Of a DNA stretch of 26,970 nt, positions 8,237 to 16,051 are shown one piece after another (positions within the stretch are counted from its first letter, which is position 1; each line of letters starts with the position of its first letter). This DNA comes from a virus (taxonomy: Duplodnaviria; Caudoviricetes): positions 1 through 26,970 of IMG/VR virus record IMGVR_UViG_3300037458_001039; one strand, written 5' to 3'. A program made the translations under genes and the position numbers. The notes under the pieces were generated by a model. That model was not told the DNA's origin. It searched no databases and saw only the letters and a list, made by a program, of their open reading frames with translations.

Positions 8237-8266
8237 CTGTACAGATAACAGACGTTATCTGTACAG
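8237..8266. repeat. Perfect inverted repeat, 13-4-13 (or 11-8-11)
   Basis: ctgtacagataac-agac-gttatctgtacag. Confidence 0.85.
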
Positions 8267-8290
8267 CAGGGGACGGCCGATCGAGACCTA

Positions 8291-8321
8291 CGGCTATCTT
8301 CGGAATTTCCGAAGATAGCCG
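8291..8321. promoter_or_regulatory. 31-bp perfect palindrome (candidate parS-like site copy 2 and/or terminator)
   Basis: cggctatcttcggaa-t-ttccgaagatagccg followed by cctttt. Confidence 0.6.
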
Positions 8322-8438
8322 CCTTTTGGGGCAGATTTTAGGGCCGATCCATACGGCTGATGGGTGGGGGCAGACCAGGCCGCATGGACATTGATAAGCG
8401 AGGGCCGTGCGGCTGGGAGTGGCAGCCGCCAGGGGACT

Positions 8439-8485
8439 GGTTCACATCCGTGAGGTCGTAGGTTCAAGTCCTATCTCGCCCACCA
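8439..8485 (+). other. att core: 3' half of tRNA-Val(CAC)
   Basis: Anticodon loop TTCACAT, ccgtg, variable loop aggtc, T-arm gtagg-ttcaagt-cctat, acceptor 3' strand ctcgccc-ACCA; no 5' half upstream; adjacent to the integrase. Confidence 0.88.
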
Positions 8486-8499
8486 TCGAAATCAACATC

Positions 8500-8534
8500 G
8501 ACAGCCACTCCTGTCCGCAGGGGTGGCTGTCTTG
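8500..8534 (+). terminator. Stem-loop after the tRNA fragment (likely terminator for the reconstituted tRNA)
   Basis: gacagccactcctg-tccg-caggggtggctgtc. Confidence 0.6.
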
Positions 8535-8653
8535 CTATACGGGAGGATGTTGTTATCAGAACAGCACACCCGTTCGCATGGCGGCACACCAAAAACCGCA
8601 TGGATGGAGGCAACCGGAAGCCGCACGGCTAAGACTGACGGATAGGGGGAGTC

Positions 8654-9586
8654 ATGCGTCTCAGTATGGCGATTGAGGGGTTTCTGTTGTATCGGGCAGG
8701 AGCAGGCTCGATCAACACCATGAAGGATTACCGCAACACGCTGCGCAAGTGGCTGGCGCTGGTTGGCGACGTGGATACCGGCGAGCTGGCGCCAGAACAT
8801 GTGCGACGCTTCCTGTACCACCTGCGCATCGAAGAAGAGCTGGCGCCAAAGACGGTCAAGAACGCCTGGATTGCCATGAGTGCGTTCTTCACCTGGCTGG
8901 AAGGCGAGTTGGGTGTAGAGCACGTGATTCGGCGCTACAAGATCAAGATGCCGGCCGCCCAGAGCCGGGAAATCATTCCCTTGGCCAAGGCCGACCTGCG
9001 CCGGCTGCTGTTGGCCTGCGAGCGCACGGCAGAATGGGAGGGCAAGAAGCGCGCCGGTTCCACGACACTTAGGGCCACCCGGATCCGTGACCGCGCGATC
9101 GTCCTGGTGCTGCTTGATACCGGGCTCCGGGCCGCCGAGCTATGCGCCCTCTGCATTGGGGACGTCGATATGAAAAGCGGCGCGGTGCAGGTCCGGCACG
9201 GCAAGGGCGACAAGGGCCGCACGGTGTACTTGGGCAACGTGGCGCGTGAGGCGCTATGGCGGTATGTGGCGAAACGGCGCGACGCCAGGCCGGGCGACCC
9301 GCTGTTCGCGACGACACGGCACGGCAGCATGGACCGCAACGCGCTGCGTAAGCTGCTGTTGTCGGCTGGCAAGCGCGCCGAGATTGTGGAGCCGGTCACG
9401 CCGCACCGCCTGCGCCACACCTTCGCCATCACTTACCTGCGGAATGGCGGAGATGTGTACACGCTGCAGCGGTTGCTCGGCCATTCATCGATGGAGATGG
9501 TGCGCCGCTATCTGGCGCTGGCTCAGACCGACATCGCCGATGCACATCGGCGCGCATCCCCGGTCGACAACTGGCGGCTCACCTAG
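8654..9586 (+). CDS. int: Phage integrase (tyrosine recombinase)
   Basis: LDTGLR, GKGDK, HRLRH, LGH, RRY catalytic motifs; next to the tRNA-derived att core. Confidence 0.92.
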   Translation: MRLSMAIEGFLLYRAGAGSINTMKDYRNTLRKWLALVGDVDTGELAPEHVRRFLYHLRIEEELAPKTVKNAWIAMSAFFTWLEGELGVEHVIRRYKIKMPAAQSREIIPLAKADLRRLLLACERTAEWEGKKRAGSTTLRATRIRDRAIVLVLLDTGLRAAELCALCIGDVDMKSGAVQVRHGKGDKGRTVYLGNVAREALWRYVAKRRDARPGDPLFATTRHGSMDRNALRKLLLSAGKRAEIVEPVTPHRLRHTFAITYLRNGGDVYTLQRLLGHSSMEMVRRYLALAQTDIADAHRRASPVDNWRLT

Positions 9587-9606
9587 CCCAATCATCACCT
9601 CCACGG

Positions 9607-9673
9607 TTGACATTGGAACAGCCGTTCGCTACAATATCCGCAGTGATACGGATTTCGTAGCGAACTGCTGTTC
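9607..9673 (+). promoter_or_regulatory. sigma70-type promoter with two LexA (Cheo-type) SOS boxes
   Basis: TTGACA (9607)-17 nt-TACAAT (9630); GAAC-agcc-GTTC at 9616-9627 in the spacer and GAAC-tgct-GTTC at 9662-9673. Confidence 0.82.
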
Positions 9674-9675
9674 TC

Positions 9676-9897
9676 GTGCTCAACGTGCATTTCTCCGAAC
9701 CCGCCGACGGCGACGATTACACCTGGTGTCAGTGCGAGGTGCCTGGCGTGGCGGCTGAAGAGCTCCGCGACCCGGCGGACGTGCTCCGTATCGAGAACGA
9801 GCAACTGCGTACCCGGCTGCATGACTTGCGGATGGCGTTTGCGCAGCGGCGGGCGCTGGACAATCGTATCGAGAGTATTCTGAGTGAAGGCGCCTGA
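9676..9897 (+). CDS. Small coiled-coil protein behind SOS boxes, candidate antirepressor
   Basis: ORF lies between the SOS promoter and a terminator; alternative GTG start at 9748 after GAGG gives 49 aa. Confidence 0.6.
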   Translation: MLNVHFSEPADGDDYTWCQCEVPGVAAEELRDPADVLRIENEQLRTRLHDLRMAFAQRRALDNRIESILSEGA

Positions 9898-9911
9898 GCG
9901 GGCGCCTTTTT
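9887..9911 (+). terminator. Intrinsic terminator
   Basis: aaggcgcc-tgagcg-ggcgcc-ttttt. Confidence 0.75.
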
Positions 9912-9929
9912 CATGTCAGGAGTAAAGAG

Positions 9930-10289
9930 ATGGAACTGTTGGCGATTTCGCTGGGAATTGGGTTGCTGTTCGCGGCCGTGCTCGTGGGGATCTTCTGGTT
10001 GCGCAATCGTGCGCAGCAGTGGCCGGAGGTCGTCGCCTGGATTGACATTTGCGTGGCCGCCGCGGAGCAGCACCTGAGTGACGCCGGCGGCGGGGACAAG
10101 CTGAGCTACGTCCTGACACAGGTCAAGCTCAGATTTCCCGGTCTCAAGGTGGACGATCGGGTCATTCGCGCCGTGGTCGAGGCGGCGGTGTATCGTATCA
10201 AGCAGTGGCGAACTGCGCCACCACCCGATGTCCCGCTGCTGCCGATGCCCGATGTGCAGTTGATGCCGAAGGACTCCAGCACTGCATGA
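9930..10289 (+). CDS. Holin, LL-H family
   Basis: N-terminal TM followed by VAAAEQ...G.DKL.YV...IRAVVEAAV motif; AGGAG RBS. Confidence 0.8.
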   Translation: MELLAISLGIGLLFAAVLVGIFWLRNRAQQWPEVVAWIDICVAAAEQHLSDAGGGDKLSYVLTQVKLRFPGLKVDDRVIRAVVEAAVYRIKQWRTAPPPDVPLLPMPDVQLMPKDSSTA

Positions 10290-11167
10290 ACGTCCTCCTG
10301 GTCGCGCCGCACTCCGATCTGCCCCAGGCTGATGCCGAAGTGCAGGCGGTGGTCAACGCGCTTCGCCCGACGGTGTTGCTCGGCACCATCAGCCTGATCG
10401 ACCTGCAGCGCGAGCTGGCGCGGCCGCATGACCTCATCTGGTTCGCCTGCCACGGCGACCCGGACGGACTACAGATCGGCGCAGACTGGCTCCTGGACGC
10501 GCCGACGCTGGTGCAGTTGCTTCGGGCGCATCCCCCCAGTGGCGTATTCATCAACTCGTGCCAGAGCCTGAGTTTGGCGCAGGACATCCACCACGAGCTC
10601 GGCGTGCCGGTCATCGCCACGGTGATCTCGGTCGCCGACCTGGACGCGTATGTGACGGGCACGGCGCTGGCGACCGCACTGGCGGCCGGCGTCGACCTGC
10701 ACCACGCGTATCAATCGAGCCGCCCGGGCGCGGGCAAACATCGCAACTACATCATGCTCAACAATCGCGTCGAGATGAATGCTGATAACCGGATGGATGA
10801 CCTCGCCAAACTCATGCTGCAGATCGGCGCCGATCTGCGCCAGCAAATCGAGACCGTCGAACGGCGGATGAGCGAGCGTATCGACGACATCGAGACGCGT
10901 GTGGGGCATCGACTGGACGCCATCGACAACCGGCTGCCGCTGTTGGCGCGCCGGCCGGGACACCGGCGTTCGCTGCAATGGGCAGCCGGATTCAGTTTGT
11001 TCGTGCTGGTCATTGCGCTGGCCTATGTCCAGGTCCGGCAGGCGCTGGATCTGTCGCCGGCGGCGGCGCTCTTGATTTCGATTCTGTTGCTGGCAGGGTC
11101 GTTCGCTCTGTTCGCCAGCGGGCTCGGGTTGCAGTTTGCCCCGCGCGCATCAGGGGCCGAGGAGTAA
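10286..11167 (+). CDS. CHAT-like (caspase-fold) cysteine peptidase + coiled coil + two C-terminal TM helices
   Basis: DLPQADAEVQAV, HDLIWFACHG and VFINSCQS motifs (His-Cys dyad); ATGA overlap with the holin stop. Confidence 0.8.
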   Translation: MNVLLVAPHSDLPQADAEVQAVVNALRPTVLLGTISLIDLQRELARPHDLIWFACHGDPDGLQIGADWLLDAPTLVQLLRAHPPSGVFINSCQSLSLAQDIHHELGVPVIATVISVADLDAYVTGTALATALAAGVDLHHAYQSSRPGAGKHRNYIMLNNRVEMNADNRMDDLAKLMLQIGADLRQQIETVERRMSERIDDIETRVGHRLDAIDNRLPLLARRPGHRRSLQWAAGFSLFVLVIALAYVQVRQALDLSPAAALLISILLLAGSFALFASGLGLQFAPRASGAEE

Positions 11168-11168
11168 C

Positions 11169-11447
11169 ATGGACTACGAGGACGCTATCGGCGTCCCAGG
11201 CGCGATGACCGTGCACCCGACCGGCTCGCAGTCGGTCACGGTGGCCACGTTCGCCGGCCCGCGCAAGTATGTGCCATTCGATATCCGGCCATGGCCAGAG
11301 CGGATCGAGGCGCGCATCCGAGAGCTGGAGCAGGAGATCGAGTATCTCCAGCGGGAGATGATTGCGCTGCGCTCTCGGTCCGAGAGGGGGCCAGTTGTCG
11401 AGGCGGCGCTGAACTGGTCAGCCGTTGAAGCGGACTCATATGCCTAG
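11169..11447 (+). CDS. Hypothetical coiled-coil protein (92 aa)
   Basis: GAGGAG RBS; IEARIRELEQEIEYLQREM coil. Confidence 0.65.
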   Translation: MDYEDAIGVPGAMTVHPTGSQSVTVATFAGPRKYVPFDIRPWPERIEARIRELEQEIEYLQREMIALRSRSERGPVVEAALNWSAVEADSYA

Positions 11448-11838
11448 CCGTGCCCCGACTGCCTGTCGGCGGCCAGGCTGCGCTGGCGTGGTCAGAGGCG
11501 GCATGTGCAGCCGCTGCGGGCCTGTGCGCCGGGATGATGCGCAGTACGACGAGCGGCGCGGCACGGCGGCCCAGCGTGGCTATGACGGCCTCTGGCAGCG
11601 GGCGCGGCGCGTGAAGCTCGCCGAGCAGCCGCTGTGCGAGGAGTGCCTGCGCCAGGGCCGGGTGCGGGCGGCGGCGCTGGTCGATCACATCGTGCCGATG
11701 GCCGATGGCGGCGCCCGGCTGGACCCTGAGAATTGGCAGAGCCTCTGCGAGGAATGTCATGCTACAAAGACGGTCCGGGACCTGGCCCAGCGCCGCAGGG
11801 GTAGGGGAGTGCAGATCTTGGCCCCCGACCGGCCCTAG
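11440..11838 (+). CDS. HNH endonuclease (HK97 gp74-like packaging accessory)
   Basis: RGYDGLW...PLCEEC...VDHIVP...NWQSLCEECH; immediately upstream of terS. Confidence 0.92.
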   Translation: MPSRAPTACRRPGCAGVVRGGMCSRCGPVRRDDAQYDERRGTAAQRGYDGLWQRARRVKLAEQPLCEECLRQGRVRAAALVDHIVPMADGGARLDPENWQSLCEECHATKTVRDLAQRRRGRGVQILAPDRP

Positions 11839-11898
11839 ACCGGGTCGGGTACCCGATCTTTCACGCCTGAGAGAATCCGCAAATTGTGAGAATCCGAA
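11798..11898. other. Probable cos packaging region
   Basis: Located between HNH and terS as in HK97-like phages; G-run ggggtagggg, palindrome tcgggtacccga (11845-11856), direct repeat gagaatccg at 11871 and 11888. Confidence 0.5.
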
Positions 11899-12345
11899 AT
11901 GGGTAGTTTCTTGAGTGGAGCACACGCAGTCGGCCCCAGCGATGGGCCACCGCTGACGGCTCCGACTGATCTCTCGCCTGAGCTATTGCCCTATTGGACT
12001 GCAATCCTGGAGCAGTTGCCGGTGGGCGTTGCGACAGCCCACGATACCCAGATCGTGATGCAGCTCTGCCAGGCGCTCCACCTGCAGGCAACCGCCTGGC
12101 GGCAAATCATCGATGATGGCATCGAAACCGTAGACGCCGCCCACGGCGGGGACAAGCGGCGTAATCCGGCGATCATCACGTGGCGCCAGGCCGCGGACAT
12201 GGCGCTGCAGTGCATGAATCTACTGGGGCTGTCTCCGGTCAGTAGGGCGCGGATCAAAGCGGCCGATGCAGAGCGCGCCGATCCATTCCTCGAGTATTTG
12301 CGACAGCGACATGGCCCACGTGCGCCCCAAGAAGACGCCGGCTGA
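11899..12345 (+). CDS. Terminase small subunit (P27-like)
   Basis: AP.DL...W, RNPA, LGLSPVSRARI motifs; exact start uncertain. Confidence 0.85.
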   Translation: MGSFLSGAHAVGPSDGPPLTAPTDLSPELLPYWTAILEQLPVGVATAHDTQIVMQLCQALHLQATAWRQIIDDGIETVDAAHGGDKRRNPAIITWRQAADMALQCMNLLGLSPVSRARIKAADAERADPFLEYLRQRHGPRAPQEDAG

Positions 12346-14002
12346 GAGATACATCGATTGCGTGGTGCGGGGCCGGGTCCTCGCGTGTCGGTGGGTGCGG
12401 CTCTGCTGCGAGCGACACAAACGAGATCTCGCAACTGGCCGTCGACGAGGGCTGTATTTCGACCGGGATGCCGCTCAACACGCGCTGGATTTCTTTCAGT
12501 TCCTGCACCACAGCAAGGGCCGCTGGGCCGGTCAGGCACTGCGGCTCGAACCATGGCAGCAGGCTATTGTTTGGATCCTGTTCGGCTGGTATCGGCGCAA
12601 AAGCAAGACACGGCGCTACCGGGGAGCCTATATCGAAATCGCGCGCAAGAACGGCAAGAGCACCCTGGCGAGCGGGCTGGCGCTTTACATGCTGCTGGCC
12701 GATGGCGAGGCCGGGGCAGAGGTGTACAGCGCGGCGACAAAGCGCGACCAGGCGAAGATTACGTTCGATGAAGCGGCGAGGATGGTGAAGTCCTCGCCCT
12801 TTCTCCGCCAGCACATCACGGTGCACAAAGACAAGCTGTTCTTGAAGTATGACACGGCATCGAAATATGAACCGGTGGGCCGTGATTCTGACACCATGGA
12901 TGGCCTGAACGTGCACTGTGCCGTGGTCGATGAGCTGCATGCTCATCGAACTTCCGAGACCTGGGACGTGCTCGAAACGGGCATGGGCGCCCGCATGCAG
13001 CCGCTCATGTTCGGCGTCTCGACGGCTGGATTCAATCAATCGTCATTCTGTTACGAGCAGCGCCGCTATGCCACACAGATACTCGATGGGGTGTTGGCAA
13101 ACGATGCGTTTTTCACGATGATCTTCACGCTTGACGAGGGGGATGACGAGTGGGACGAGCACAACTGGATCAAGGCCAATCCGAATCTGGGTATCAGCGT
13201 CGATCTGGACGATCTGCGCGAGCAGGCGCGCAAGGCGCGCGAGATGCCCTCGGCGCTCACCGCGTTTCTAACCAAGCGTTTGAATATCTGGACACGCGCC
13301 GCGCAGCAATGGATCCATCCGGATCGGTGGAAGGCGTGCGGGGGGGCATTCGATCCTGTCGCGCTGGCTGGTCGCACCTGCTATGCGGGTCTTGACCTAT
13401 CGAGCACGCTCGATATTACGGCGTGGGTGCTGGTCTTTCCGCCTACGGCTGATGATGAACGGTGGTACGTGCTCCCTCGCTTCTGGGTGCCCGAGGCGGC
13501 CATGTACGAACGCAGTCGCAATGATCGCGTGCCCTACGACGCCTGGTGTACGGCTGGCCTGATCGAGGCGATACCTGGCGAGGTCATCGACTATGATTAC
13601 ATCTATGCTCAAATCGACCGGGATGCACAGACCTATGATGTGGCGGAGGTCGGGTTTGATCGCTGGGGGGCCGCGGCGATCTACCTATGGTTCGCCAAGC
13701 GGGAAATGACAGTAATACAGATCGGACAGGGCTATGTCTCCATGTCGGCGCCGATGAAGGAACTAGAGAAGCTCATCGTGAGCAAACGACTGGCGCATGG
13801 CGACAATCCGGTGCTGACGTGGATGGCGCACAACCTGGTGGCCACTACCGATCCGGCGGGCAATATGAAGCCGGACAAGAAGCGCAGCAACGAGAAGATC
13901 GACGGCGTGGTGGCGCTGATCATGGCGCTCGACCGGGCGACGCGCCACAACCCGGAGGCCGATCGGTCCATCTACGAGGAGCGGGGGATTCTGGCGCTAT
14001 GA
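12311..14002 (+). CDS. terL: Terminase large subunit
   Basis: LEPWQ, Walker A IARKNGKS, Walker B VVDELH, GLDLS and KIDGVVA nuclease motifs. Confidence 0.96.
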   Translation: MAHVRPKKTPAERYIDCVVRGRVLACRWVRLCCERHKRDLATGRRRGLYFDRDAAQHALDFFQFLHHSKGRWAGQALRLEPWQQAIVWILFGWYRRKSKTRRYRGAYIEIARKNGKSTLASGLALYMLLADGEAGAEVYSAATKRDQAKITFDEAARMVKSSPFLRQHITVHKDKLFLKYDTASKYEPVGRDSDTMDGLNVHCAVVDELHAHRTSETWDVLETGMGARMQPLMFGVSTAGFNQSSFCYEQRRYATQILDGVLANDAFFTMIFTLDEGDDEWDEHNWIKANPNLGISVDLDDLREQARKAREMPSALTAFLTKRLNIWTRAAQQWIHPDRWKACGGAFDPVALAGRTCYAGLDLSSTLDITAWVLVFPPTADDERWYVLPRFWVPEAAMYERSRNDRVPYDAWCTAGLIEAIPGEVIDYDYIYAQIDRDAQTYDVAEVGFDRWGAAAIYLWFAKREMTVIQIGQGYVSMSAPMKELEKLIVSKRLAHGDNPVLTWMAHNLVATTDPAGNMKPDKKRSNEKIDGVVALIMALDRATRHNPEADRSIYEERGILAL

Positions 14003-14160
14003 TCGATTACGTCGATGTCCTGGCCTTCGTCGGCGTGCTGCTTGTCGGCGCTGCGGTCTGGTCCATCGCGGCCTGGCCGGGGCTGCTGGGATATGTCGGC
14101 GCGCTGCTGATCGTCGTGGCGGGCGCTCTGGCCTGGCGGCGCGTGCAGCGACACGAGTGA
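13999..14160 (+). CDS. Small two-TM membrane protein (53 aa)
   Basis: MIDYVDVLAFVGVLLVGAAVWSIAAWPGLLGYVGALLIVVAGALAWRR; ATGA overlap with terL. Confidence 0.7.
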   Translation: MIDYVDVLAFVGVLLVGAAVWSIAAWPGLLGYVGALLIVVAGALAWRRVQRHE

Positions 14161-14164
14161 GAAA

Positions 14165-14371
14165 ATGGCCATAATGGCGCAACTGACACAACGGGAACGA
14201 GAGGTCGTGCGGCTGCTGGCCTCAGGGCGCAATCAGCGCCAGATCGCCGCGCAACTGCACGTTTCCTATGCCACCATCAAGGCACACGTGAGCAACGCCC
14301 GGCAAAAGACGGGCGCGCAGTCAGCGCTGGAACTAGCCGTGCGCGTGGCGGCGGAGGGCGACAGCCGGTAA
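14165..14371 (+). CDS. Stand-alone LuxR/GerE-type HTH regulator
   Basis: LTQREREVVRLLASGRNQRQIAAQLHVSYATIKAHVSNARQK. Confidence 0.88.
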   Translation: MAIMAQLTQREREVVRLLASGRNQRQIAAQLHVSYATIKAHVSNARQKTGAQSALELAVRVAAEGDSR

Positions 14372-14408
14372 AAATCCTACACGTGGACAATAGAAAAGGT
14401 AGGCCGAG

Positions 14409-14437
14409 GTCGCTATCCTGGGGTAGCGACTTTTTTT
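14409..14437 (+). terminator. Intrinsic terminator directly upstream of the portal gene
   Basis: gtcgcta-tcctgggg-tagcgac followed by T7. Confidence 0.7.
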
Positions 14438-14449
14438 CGGGGTGGGTGC

Positions 14450-15991
14450 GTGGGCTTTCTCTCTCGATTCTTCAGACCAACCGAACAGCGCAACTGGCTC
14501 AGCGAGGCGCGCACTGGCGCGGCGCTGGGTCTCGGCGCGTCGGTGGCCGGGACGACGGTGACGATCGACTCCGCCATGCGCAACATGACGGTGCTGCGCT
14601 GCATCGGCATCATCGCCCAGTCGCTGGCCAGCGTGCCCCTGGTGCTCTACCAGCGCAACGGTCGCCAGCGGACCCGCGCCACGAACCACGCGCTCTATTC
14701 GGTATTGACCACCGTCGGCAACAGCGAGATGACGGCGTTCGAGCTGCGGGAGACCCGCCTGGCGCATACACTCGCCTACGGCAACGCGTTCGCCGAGATT
14801 CAATACGACAGCAACTACCAGATTCGCGGGCTGTGGCCCCTGGCGCCCGATCGCGTCGGCATCGAGCGCACGGCGGCCGGGAAGCTCGCGTACACCTATT
14901 GGTCGGACACGGCCGGTGCGGGCTATGTGCTGCCGGCGTATCGGGTCATGCACACGCGCTATCTGGTGTGGCGCAACGTGTGGGGCCTGAGCCCGCTGAA
15001 GCAGGCCATGAACGCGCTCGGCGTGGCGGCTGCCGCGGAGGAGTTCGGCGGGCGGTATTTCGCCAACGGCTCGCGGCCCAGCATCATCCTCAAGCACCCG
15101 GGCCGCCTGAGCCCGGATGCGTACAAGCGCCTGCGCGAGTCGTTTGCGGAGCGCTGGGAAGGGCTGGACAACGCGCATCGGGTCAACATTCTCGAAGAGG
15201 GGATTGCGCCGGAGGTGGTCGGCATCCCACCGGACGAGGCGCAGTTCCTGGAAACGCGCGAGTACCAGGTCCAGGAAATCGCCCGGCTGTACGGCGTGCC
15301 GCTGCACATGCTGGCGATGAGTCAGTCGACCACATTCGCCAGCTCCGAGCAGGACGCAATCAATTTCCGGCAGTTCACGCTCCTGCCTTGGGCGCGACGC
15401 GATGAGTCGCGCCTGATGAACGATCTCCTGACAGGCCGCGAGCGGCAGGACGGCTACTACATCGAATATCTGCTCGACGGCATCGAGCGCGCCACCATCG
15501 ACACGCGCGCCCAGGCGTACAACACGCTGGTGCAGATGGGCGCCATGATGCCCAACGAGGTCAGGGAGCGGGAGAACCTGGACCCGGTGCCCGGCGGCGA
15601 TGTGCTGCTGTTGCCGCTCAACATGCAGCAGATCAGGCCCGACGGCACGGTGGTGGCCAGCGGCGAGCCGGAGCCCGCGCGGGCGGCGCCGTGGCTGGCG
15701 CCCCTGCTCTCCGACGTGCGGCGGCGGGTCGTGGCTCGCGTCAGCAACGACGTGCGCCAGGGCGGGGCGAGAGCGCTGCGGCGTGGCGGCCGCCAGGCGC
15801 TCGGCGAGTGGGGCGAAACGCAGATCGTTGAATGGCGCATGGCCGGCGATGAGATGCTGGCGCCCGTGCGCCAGGCCACGGGTGATGGCGAGTTGGCGGC
15901 GCCGGTGGCGGACTGGGTCGCCAGCGCCTATCAGATGGCGCTGCGGGAGCTGATGGGGGGGACCGATGGAACGGCGATTGATAGCGACTGA
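14450..15991 (+). CDS. Portal protein (HK97 family) with C-terminal extension
   Basis: GNAFAEI, LWPLAPDRV, GLSPL, AQFLETR, IARLYGVP, PNEVRERENL motifs. Confidence 0.95.
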   Translation: MGFLSRFFRPTEQRNWLSEARTGAALGLGASVAGTTVTIDSAMRNMTVLRCIGIIAQSLASVPLVLYQRNGRQRTRATNHALYSVLTTVGNSEMTAFELRETRLAHTLAYGNAFAEIQYDSNYQIRGLWPLAPDRVGIERTAAGKLAYTYWSDTAGAGYVLPAYRVMHTRYLVWRNVWGLSPLKQAMNALGVAAAAEEFGGRYFANGSRPSIILKHPGRLSPDAYKRLRESFAERWEGLDNAHRVNILEEGIAPEVVGIPPDEAQFLETREYQVQEIARLYGVPLHMLAMSQSTTFASSEQDAINFRQFTLLPWARRDESRLMNDLLTGRERQDGYYIEYLLDGIERATIDTRAQAYNTLVQMGAMMPNEVRERENLDPVPGGDVLLLPLNMQQIRPDGTVVASGEPEPARAAPWLAPLLSDVRRRVVARVSNDVRQGGARALRRGGRQALGEWGETQIVEWRMAGDEMLAPVRQATGDGELAAPVADWVASAYQMALRELMGGTDGTAIDSD

Positions 15992-16051
15992 GCTGCGGGA
16001 GCTGATGGGGGGGACCGATGGAACGGCGATTGATAGCGACTGAGCTGCGGG
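15940..16051. repeat. Perfect 52-bp tandem duplication at the portal/protease junction
   Basis: 15940-15991 equals 15992-16043, bounded by gctgcggg microhomology. Confidence 0.92.

Noticed and set aside
8410-8485. Intact tRNA-Val gene
   Set aside because: No 5' acceptor strand (gggcgag) or D-arm, and the anticodon stem does not pair; it is an att-core fragment
8190-8650. Integrase arm-type direct repeats around the att core
   Set aside because: Only short weak matches (gttatc, gccgatc) were seen, too few to call
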